A DNA stretch of 64,000 nucleotides. Source: Camelus dromedarius. Taxonomy: Eukaryota. The notes under the pieces were generated by a model. It had not been told where the DNA came from. It searched no databases and worked only from the letters and a program-made list of their open reading frames with translations. The position numbers and the translations under genes are program-made. The stretch is from contig NC_087436.1 in the NCBI RefSeq assembly GCF_036321535.1, forward strand, positions 109,246,001-109,310,000, given 5' to 3'. This document shows positions 54,700 to 64,000 of the stretch, piece after piece (position 1 is the stretch's first letter; each line of letters starts with the position of its first letter).

Positions 54700-54920
54700 A
54701 CTCCGGATACTTATTGAGAAGGTACTAAGGGTAAGCACTTTGCTGACACCACAAACTCAATCTTCACAGCAACCCAGTAACACACGTAGTATATTATATT
54801 CACTTAGCAAGTAAGAAAGCGGGTCGGGGAGTGTTTCCCACCCAGCGCCCTACTGAACTGGAGTTTGAACCCCATCCTGTCTGCCCACAAAAATCTTGGC
54901 TCTCTCTACCACAGCACACT
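54700..54920 (-). mobile_element. MIR SINE
   Basis: 'acttattgag...aatcttcacagcaacccagt...tattattatattcac...ctggagtttgaacccc...ctgtctg'. Confidence 0.7.
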
Positions 54921-54934
54921 GACTCACATGCCGT

Positions 54935-55130
54935 TTATTTATTTATTTATTGTTATTATTTTTTAATTGAAGTATAGTCGGTTTACAATGTCATATTGAT
55001 TTCTGGCAAACAGCACAGTGATTCTGTTATACACATATATATTCCTTCTCATGTTCTTTTTCATTATAGGCTATTATAAGGTATTGAATAGGGCTCCCTG
55101 TGCTATACAGTAGGACCTTGTTATCTATTT
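54935..55130 (-). mobile_element. Younger LINE-1 3' end (cetartiodactyl/laurasiatherian type), heavily 5'-truncated
   Basis: T-rich tail, then 'ttaattgaagtatagtcggtttacaatgtc...ttcattataggctattataaggtattgaatagggctccctgtgctatacagtaggaccttgtt', which is the antisense of the L1 3'UTR common in artiodactyl genomes. Confidence 0.85.
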
Positions 55131-55374
55131 CACATAAATTCTAAAATAAACTAACAACACTATGTTCCCATAATAAACATGATGAAATGCAAGGCTTGTT
55201 TACCTGGGCGTGGACTTGGGGATCTACACGTATAAACATGCTCTGGTTCTGTCAAGTATGAACTGTTTACAAATCAGATACAATGATAGTGACTTTTTAA
55301 AATATTTTTTTCCGACAGAAGTTTACTGTTTCGATGATCGAAATGTGACTTGCAGGAAAAGAATGTCAAGTCTT

Positions 55375-56680
55375 TATTAAATTTATTTAATAAGCATTTA
55401 TCAAGCTCCTGCTATGTGCTCAGTGATTTGAGAGGTGCTTTGGGAGGCATGAAAATCAAAAAGACTTAGAACCTACCATCTGATGCTTGGGTTCTAGAAG
55501 GAGAGAGGAGGAGGAACAAACACTCTGTGATAAAAGGCAACTGTTACATAAAACTAACAGGGGCCTAAGAAAGACAGCAAGGCAGGGCCGCGCAGGGAGC
55601 AGGCTCAGATTAGGCTCTCCAAAAAAAGCCTCAGAGAAGAATTCATTTGAATTCATTATAAACAGTCTTCACATAAGCTCGTTTAGTCACCAAAGCAGTC
55701 CCAACTATGGGCTGGGACCTAAGGTTTGCAAGATAAATACGACTTCTGCTGTAACAGCCTCTTGAGGCATAAGGCATACTGTTAGCAAAAGAGGGCATGA
55801 GAGATATTCTGTCAGGCAGTAAAGGAGAAGGAAGAGGAATGACCTGTGTGAGGCTGCTGTGGCATCTAAATGGAGAGTGCTGTTTGGCTGAAACATTGAG
55901 TTGCGGTGGGGAGGGGTGTCACATTGTCCTGGAGGAAATCAAGGAGGTCTTCATGGTAGAGGAGGCATGAGCTGGGTCTTGGAGAGTGAAGAGAAATTTT
56001 CCTGGTGAAGAAGTCAGAAGAAATACTGGAAGCCAAAGTCCACAGGCTGACTTTGAGCAGCTGACTTAACATGTGTAACCTTTTAAGTACAAGGTATAAT
56101 TTAAAAAATAATAAATCAGGGAATAAGAATGATAAGTTGGGACCAATGAGGACACTTGACGGCCATGGAAGGAGTTTAGACTACAGACCCCAGGGTTAGT
56201 GAAGGTTTAGAGAAAAATAACAGTTCTATTATTTACTAGCATTATTACAGTGGGCTAGTAGTTCAGTTAACTACTTTAGGCTACAGTTATTTCATCTATA
56301 AAAGTGAGGCAGTGATATGTATTTATCTGAGTTCCTTTGAATGTAACGGGAAAAATGTTTTGCTAAATCGAAACTGCTGTGTTAACAGACCAACTGATTT
56401 TTGACCAGGGTAAGGACATAATCCTAGCTGGAGTTTTAAGAAGAGCCTCTGGCCTTTGGGGAGAGAGAGGATGGTGTGGAGGAAGAAATCCTGAAGCAGG
56501 GGACCCTGATGAGGAAGAAAACTAAAGACAGGGAAAGGAGAGAAGATGGATGGGTGTGGTTGTTGGGAGGCAGAATCAACAGAACTTGACAATGAGGATA
56601 AAGGAAGAGGAAATGAGTCAAGAGGACACCTAGCTTCAAGTTTAGATAAGTGATGGGAGAGGTGGGGACAGAGGGTGACA
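55375..56680 (-). mobile_element. Fragmented LINE-2
   Basis: 'atttaataagcatttatcaagctcctgctatgtgc', 'ggaaatcaaggaggtcttcatggtagaggaggcatgagctgggtcttggag', 'ggaggcagaatcaacagaacttgac', 'gagtcaagaggacacctag'. Confidence 0.7.
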
Positions 56681-56829
56681 AGTTCCCAATAAGCACCTAT
56701 GCAATTAACACTGCATCAGACAATGTGAGATTTAAAACAGATTATCAAGATCATGCCTTTTATAGTATTTTTACCTAATTAAAAGAAACTCTTGACCCCA
56801 GTCCAGTTAATACATTTCATAAGGAACAA

Positions 56830-57030
56830 CTGCACTGTAGTCAAATGCCAGCCTGCCACTTGGACAAATTACATCATCTCTTTGGGTCTCAGTTTCCTCA
56901 TCAGCAATGTGGTTCTCCTTCATATTGCTGAGATCAAACGAGTAACTATTAATACGAATAAACCTACTGGTAGAGCTCGTGGGTCATGCGCTTGTCCATG
57001 AGAGCTACAGAGCGGGCCTCAACACTTCCA
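56830..57030 (+). mobile_element. MIR SINE
   Basis: 'cttggacaaattacatcatctctttgggtctcagtttcctcatcagcaa'. Confidence 0.75.
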
Positions 57031-57289
57031 CCCTCATCACCACATCCTCCAATCAGAACTTCTCTTCCTGGAATGAAGGGTGTATTACAGGAAAGTGCCA
57101 AAGTTTCTAGAGTTGTTTGCCACCCTGCCTCCAGGCATACACACGAAACATCAGTACACTTATCCCATGGGAAAAAAAGAAAAAGAAAAAAAGGTGCTTT
57201 GATCTGGGGGAGAAACGTAACAGTGTAGTAAGGTCTCCTGAGTAGTTTGTAAAAGCTACAAGTAAATCAAGATTATAGGCAGAGCACAC

Positions 57290-57600
57290 TCCCTGGGTGC
57301 AAACTTCAGTCTGTCGGCTAAACGGTCTACCAGGCCTGGATCGGCAGAGGCATGCTAACCTTTGCCGCCGCTGCTGGGCTCACCAGCACCCCAGCCGCCG
57401 GCCTCATCACTGACTCACGCTCACTCTCTGGCCCTCCTTGATACATTTCCCTTCCCAGCCTCCCAGCTGAGCTGTCATGATTCACTGTCTCTGTAGGGCT
57501 GGATTTGCTAAGATAAGATAATGGCCTTTTATGTGCAGCCGCTGTGAATTCCTCTCCACCCCCTGTACAGGGAAGACAATTTAAGTGGAAAGGAATAAAT
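57290..57600. promoter_or_regulatory. Candidate enhancer or weak alternative promoter (small GC/CpG-rich patch)
   Basis: Local CpG cluster (gccgccg twice), AP-1 TGACTCA 57411-57417, E-box CAGCTG 57464-57469, tandem GATA AGATAAGATAA 57511-57521. No repeat recognised. Confidence 0.4.
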
Positions 57601-58789
57601 TGCTGGATTTAATACAGTGACCAAACACAGAAGCCTAATAAAAATGTCAGAAGTACATGCTCTAGAATGGCAAAGAACTGTGGACGCACGCTCAATGTGT
57701 AAGCTGTGCCTTAGCGACCATGGGACTAGCTGCCTGGATGGTGTTCTATTATTTTAGCAATTTCAATTTTGCTGTAATTTTGTAGCACTATTGCTTTCTT
57801 TGCAACTTAAACAAAATCACACACATACAAATGTGTAAAAAATACTAGGAATTTATACATACTATCAAAGATGTTGTGGAATAGCCTTTTATTTAGGCTT
57901 TCATAAACAGAATTGACACGCAATATCACAGTGACAAAAGTGGTACAAAAAGCCACCTATAAAAAGCCACCTATCTTTTACTGCTACAAGAGATAAGATA
58001 CACCGAACAAGTTTACTAATTGCTACTCTAACTTAAACACTATCAAGGGAGAACAAATGGAAAGATATCAAAAAGTTACAGCTTCAAATGCCTTCTGGAG
58101 CTCATTTGTCATGAAAGACGACTGTGGATCCTTTGTACTTCCTGCACTTTTATTTCAGCTTACAAATTATTGAGTGTCCACTGCATGTGAATACTGCTCT
58201 ATGGTGAACAGAGATAAAAGGGCCCAGACCCTCAAGGGGTGTACAACCTCGGGAAGGGATTCTGTCAATAAACTAGCAAGCATAATATAAAAATTACACT
58301 ATTTCTGTAATATACTAGACTTAAGTCAAACATCTTTAGTCCCCAGTCCAGAAGTGCATAGATTAATCAAGTTAAAAAGTAAGTGAAAACATCTACATAT
58401 GAGCAGGTATCTATAGTTTGGCATTGCACAGCCACACGAAGGAAGGGACCCCTCTACTCAGACGAGATGGTGGCATCCTCTGAAGGGCAGCAGCCTCTGC
58501 AGACAGGAAGTAAAGCAGGTTCTGTTTAACAGCAAAGCCAGGGTGGGATTCCGACATCCCAGAAGCAGCACTGGGAAGACAGAGAACGCCATGAAAATGG
58601 GGAACCCAGGAAACGTGTAGGAAAAAAGAAGGAAAGAGCAAGCAGCTTGTAAAATGTGGCTTCCTTATTCTAGTACAGGGGGTCGGGAGAGGGGGTGGCT
58701 CCGAAAAGACCACAAAGCAACAGCAAATGATTTGAATGGATGGTGGTAAGCATTTGGTTATTTTTCCTCAACCCATTCAAGGATTGTTT

Positions 58790-59165
58790 GATTTATGAAA
58801 AACATTTAACATCAGTGGAACTCTGTGGCAGATGCATGACATCTTCTAATCCTCTCAATGACTCTGTGACACAGATGCTCCGATTATCTCCACCTTAAAG
58901 AAGAGACCATTGAGGTGGAGAAGTTAAGTGATGGGCTCCAAGCTACAGTTAGGAAGCTTGGATTCAAATCTTGTCAGCCTGTTACAATGATAGTCATTCA
59001 CTCAACCAGTATTTCTTGTGCAACGACTACAGTGCTCTGCCTTCATGAAACCTGCATTTCACATGGGAGGGACAGATAATCTGATAAGTAAAACACACAA
59101 TATGATAGATGGTGACAGAGCATAAAGAGAGAAAGAAAACAGGGAAGTGGGAAGAGAGGGTGCGG
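58790..59165 (-). mobile_element. MIR followed by an L2 3' end
   Basis: 'ttctaatcctctcaatgactctgtgac...attatctccaccttaaagaagagaccattgagg...aagttaagtga' (MIR), then 'cattcactcaaccagtatttcttgtgc...ctctgccttcatgaaacctgcattt' (L2). Confidence 0.7.
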
Positions 59166-60317
59166 GTACCCATGGAACCCAAACTATGACAAAATGGATT
59201 ATTTTTATGCTTTTAGTGAAATCTAAAGAATGTGTTTATAAAAATTGGATAATTTGAAGTAATTATTTCTATTAAGCCCATTTCATCAGGCTTTGAAGTA
59301 GTTCTGTTTTAGCCATAAACTGATGTTTTCTTTGATGTATTTTCCCAGGATATTTAATATAAATAGGAATTGGCAGAAAGCAACATGCTGGGGGAACTAA
59401 CAGAAGAGACCACAGTTTCCAGTAATGATCAGTCCAAGTATTCTGTGGAGAAGCACCTATCACATATATGAAACGTTATCTTAGAAGATTTTAATATTAG
59501 TTTGGTTTTTTTTTTTTTTTCTGTCTCTAACCCATCATATCTAAGTTATTTTGTCATTTAGTCCTGCAGACATGGGTTCTGGTTAAAAATACTGAACCTA
59601 TGAAACTCTACGTTGATTTCAAAGTCCTTTAACCATCTAGAAATAGTACATCAAGCACTTTTGGCTTCAACACTCTCCGTGGAGTGAGAAAGACTCCTGC
59701 AAGTTCACACCCACCTGAGAGGATGCAGACATCCCTGTGTTGCTAAAGAATGCTGTAAACATCAGGCTTCAGGTGTTACAATGACAGAAGTGGAGAAGGG
59801 AGAAAGCGTTAAGGGATGAAGTGTTCTCAGCCATTAAAATAGAGCTGAGTGGTGCTGTGTGTGAGAGAGAAATGTGTATCTTTCCGCAGAATTTTCAGTA
59901 CCTTAGCGCTGGTATCTGCGTGTGTGTGTGTGTGTGTACATATAATAAATGATTTCACATACCACGCACATACATATAAGCAAATAACAATGCTAAGGTA
60001 ACAAGATTCTTACATAAGGATCTAAACTTCTCTATTCCTAGAGTTAACAAAAGAATGCCAAGTTTGCTTTCAAAGATGGGCTTAAAAAACAAAAACCAAA
60101 TTTATCAGGCCAATGAACTATAAAGAGTTGTTTACCTGACCATATTGGTACAAGAAAAACAATATTAAACTTGGACCACCCATATCTAAAATAGTTTTTA
60201 TTTAAAAAAAAAATCTCAATCAGAATTAAGGAAAAGTAGTTATTTTGGGGGGACAGCTAAAGACTGCTCTTACTATGAGATTAATTGGTGTTAGTAGGGG
60301 AAGTAGGAAAAAGGGGG

Positions 60318-60506
60318 GCCTGGATAGTCAAATAACTTTGAGAAGCAAATTTTTTAAGTGAAACAGATTTCTTTATTGCACGATGCCCTGGAGATTAACA
60401 CACAAGTGTCCAGCGCAGTCACCACAGGGGATACGACTTTCATTATTTCCTAACACATTTGACCACAGAATACGGCTCACTAGAGAGCACACGTTAGGAA
60501 TCACTG
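60318..60506. mobile_element. hAT-Charlie MITE relic with internal inverted repeat
   Basis: Imperfect inverted pair 'gtcaaataactttgagaa' (60327) and 'tttcctaacacatttgac' (60446), internal 'aaacagatttctttattgca', end 'ggaatcactg'. Subfamily uncertain. Confidence 0.55.
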
Positions 60507-62639
60507 CTTTGAAATGTAATACATATAGAATGATCAACATAGCAACGAATACAAGGTACTAAAATAGCATGTGCTTGAGGACTGGGGAGAAGAGCTGTAT
60601 TTACAGAATCTAAACCTGGATCATCTTATAAAAATACAATGAAAGTAAGAACCTCGCAATACACAGTGATGATGTGGATATAACATGTATTTGGAAATAA
60701 CTAAACCTTGAGCAAAACATTTTCTATACTTTAATAGTGTTATTCAACCAGACCACTTAATTCAGACAATAAAGCAGTATCTGGGCCCTATTATTGCTGT
60801 TCTAAATCTTCTCTCTTTAGTGTATGTTTTTTTGAATGGGAAAGGGTTGAAAAATAATATTTGGCCATTTCAATAACATTCTGTTATATTTATAGTTCTT
60901 TTTTGTCCCTCTGTCATATTTAGTTCAAGTTCTTCATCTGATTTTGGGCTCGTATCTCATCTCAGGCAACAACATGATATCTGATAACTCAGAAAAAAAC
61001 CAAAAAAATAATGTTGATAATAGTGGGGCTGCCCACTATATAAACACTTCCTTGTAAAATTAACATGAATTTAATTAAAGTTCTTTCCAGACCCCCCTCA
61101 GGTGAAAACTCTTGCCCTGAAATACAATGATCGATAGACTTTGTGATTTTTAATGTAATTATTGCAGCTACAAGTGTTACTCTTGTTCATCCAACTCAGC
61201 TTTTTCAAACATACTGTTTGCTGTAGTAGTTTCCCGCGCATCAACTAAATTCCAGAGGATTACACGGTGGGTGGGGAGAGGAAAAAAGGTATTTCCTTTT
61301 ATCAGATGTAACTATGTTGCTTTCTCATTCCCTCACGTTCCTCTGTAATAAGAGAAGAATCCAGGGTGGTCACTTAGAGTACCTGATTAACAACTTTCCC
61401 TGAAACTACTCATTAGGTATGGAATTCATTCCCTTTAAAGAGAGGGAAGGAAAACCGCACCAGTTCTGAGAGGGAGCCTGCCTTTCAGAAACAGACTCCA
61501 GAGTTCAGTTGCCTTCAGGGTACTCAGGTTCTATACGTTCTATTCTCAAGAGGTCAGGAAAATTAACTGTCCAAGGTGCACACTGCATTTGGTGGGGTGA
61601 AAAACAGAAAATGAAGGCTCCTGCCAGCAACCCTGTTGAAATCAAAAGATGGTAACGCAAATATGAACATAAAAACCTGCACCGTTATCAAAACCAACTC
61701 CATTATTCTCCCTTGCTTTGTCTTGTTTGGTTTTTAACTCATTTCTTCATGCTACTATTAGCGATGTTTGAGAAGCAGGTGATTATTGAAACTATTTCAA
61801 TTATACACCACGTATCCCATATTGAAGGATTATCGAGCATCAGGATAACCACTTAATACAGCACAACCATCAAATCTCCATCAATCTCTTTTGTTGTTGT
61901 TGTAACCTAAACCTTCAAACAATTTACATTTAATAGCAAAGCCATGCAAAATGTAAGCAGGCTGTATTTATGTAATACAGAAACTGCCTTTATTTTCAAA
62001 ACTGCTAATAGGAAAGAGAACAATCTCAAAATCATTCACCTACAATCTAAGCGTCTGATTTATTATTACCATGAATAATTCCACCATTCTAATTCTTGCT
62101 AAGTCCTGTGAAGAGTTCCCCATAAATTTTTTAAAAAGAACTAGAGCAAATCTTCGATATGTTTCGTTTCCTCTCCTTCCCTCAGTTATGTTTGAGCAGT
62201 CCCCAGAGACCAGGAGGCCTTATGCTAAATTCTTGCCCCTCTCTTAACTGAACTCCTACATACTTTTATAAGCAAAGAAACTGGTCTTTACAAAGAGATC
62301 AAATACCTTTGCTTAGCATCTGTAGCTAGTGACCAGCAGAGTTAGGAACATAACTAGTATGTCTTCTGACTTCTGATCCACATTACATATATTTCATCCC
62401 AAATTCAACCTACTGGTAGTGTCTTTTTCAAGCTTAATTTCCATTAAGAATTCAGTTGGAAAGTATTTCTTAACCATCTAGCACTAGGCTAGATGCTATA
62501 TGTAAAACAAAGACAAATGTCAGACAGGAGTCTTGGCAAAGTTAACACACATTATGAATAGAAAATGATACTTAACAGCACATTGTAGGAGATAGATAAT
62601 AATTGTGGTAGTTTAAATAATAAAAACCAAAAACTAAAA

Positions 62640-62870
62640 ACAAAAAAACCACTTAGCACTTACTACTGTCAAGTATCCTACTAACTCGTGTTCATTTAGT
62701 GAATAATTTACACAACACCTCCATGGAGTAAGTTCCACTATCACCCTCGTTTCACATGAGGGAAAACCTGCTGGCACAGGGCAGGTGATTGAGCGACATT
62801 CACAAGTTTACCCATTAAGTGACTCAAACCCAGCAGTCTGAGTCAGCTGTCTGTAGTCAGAGCCACTGCA
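62640..62870 (-). mobile_element. MIR SINE
   Basis: 'tagcacttactactgtcaag...cacaacacctccatggagtaag...actatcaccctcgtttcacatgagggaaaac...gactcaaacccagcagtctga'. Confidence 0.75.
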
Positions 62871-63556
62871 TTAGAATGAATGATCATTGGGAGGTAACAA
62901 AAGCAGTTGAGAAAGGGTTGGTGGAGGAGGTGAGACTTACATGAGGACAGTAAATTGTGCTACTCTAAATTGGAAGCAAGGATGGAGTCCAGAAATGTGC
63001 TAGGAATTTCCAGTCACTAACAGGATAATCTCCTTGCCTGGACTCCAGTTAAAGTGCTAATGCAGACAACTAGATTGCAGTGGGTATTGAAAACCAGGCA
63101 AAGGAGTTTTATGCAAAAGGGAAGTTAATTTTAACTACCTAATCCCTGCAAAGTGGCCTAAAGTATATCTAGATATCACATCTCCCAATGTCCTTATAAG
63201 CAAAGGTTTCAATAGAATAACTATCAAATATACTTGTTACAATATGATTATTTGTATTTAGAAAAGTTATTCCTATTTTTTAAGAGGCAAACCTGAAGAC
63301 TTTATCTAAAATAAACCTTGAAATCTTCCTCTTTGGTTTCTAGTTAGAAATTCCAAATAATTAATGCATAAAATGTTAACACTGACTTTCTCAGTATAAG
63401 AGCAAGCATATCATTGGCTTTCTTAGTTTAAGAGCAACATATTTATCTATGTTAAATGAAATTTCCTTTAATTTTCTTAAATATTTACTCTTCAAACATT
63501 CTGAACATTCACAAAGTATGTATGTTTCTGTAGTTCTCAATATCCTCATCTCCAAC

Positions 63557-63560
<4 letters not shown>

Positions 63561-63594
<34 letters not shown>
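63561..63594. repeat. (CA)17 microsatellite
   Basis: Perfect dinucleotide run read directly. Confidence 0.98.
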
Positions 63595-63598
<4 letters not shown>

Positions 63599-64000
63599 AC
63601 ACCTGGCTGGCTTGGAATTTCAGTTGGTGTAATGAACTATATCATGTAGATTAGCTACCCAGTATGTTAAGTCACCAGATACTGTCACTCCTCCTTTTCT
63701 CTATTTTTCTTTCATACCTTTTAACTTCTGAGCATTTTGTGTCTTGTAACTACCTCTATCAAAAGGTGGATATTTATGTATAGGAGATAACATTTAAAGG
63801 AATATTCCTACTTGTGGGTTTTTGTTACTAAGCTCTGGACAGAGAAACAGCTTTGAGAAGCAAAAAACTCAATGTGGGTTAAAAAAAAAAAAAAGAAAAA
63901 GGTTTTAGAGAAATGCTGAAACTTGATAGAAGTAGAGAGAGTATATAACATTGTACAAAGTGCCTATGTAATGCTCAGCAGTATTTTGTGAACGAGAATA

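Noticed and set aside
1..64000. CRISPR arrays, tRNA/rRNA/snRNA genes, NUMTs, processed pseudogenes, prokaryotic operons
   Set aside because: None seen. There is no regularly spaced repeat-spacer structure or gene-dense region, and the sequence is typical mammalian non-coding DNA.

Overview
Mammalian (eutherian) nuclear DNA, AT-rich and almost certainly intronic or intergenic. I found no protein-coding exon, RNA gene, CRISPR array or prokaryote-type system that I can support. The short ORFs in the track are chance ORFs or decayed LINE-1 ORF2 fragments. Much of the window is ancient eutherian repeat: many L2 and MIR fragments, four L1 copies or fragments plus one younger L1 3' end, ERVL/MaLR solo LTRs, hAT-Charlie and Tigger DNA-transposon relics, a MamRep605-like element and microsatellites. 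I saw no Alu, B1/B2, Can-SINE, PRE-1, Bov-tA/CHR or ERE SINE. With a cetartiodactyl-type L1 3' end, this suggests a SINE-poor laurasiatherian such as a camelid (inference). The best-supported oddities are an L1 that keeps both termini and a degraded TSD but joins its 5'UTR directly to the RT domain (13994-16309), and an L1 with a 20/21-nt TSD carrying about 220 bp of non-L1 sequence inside ORF2 (40423-40643). Several repeat-free, motif-rich blocks look like candidate enhancers or conserved non-coding elements, the best at about 26.8-27.5 kb. Repeat subfamily names come from my recollection of consensus sequences, and boundaries are approximate until RepeatMasker/Dfam is run. I did not find a convincing previously undescribed biological system.
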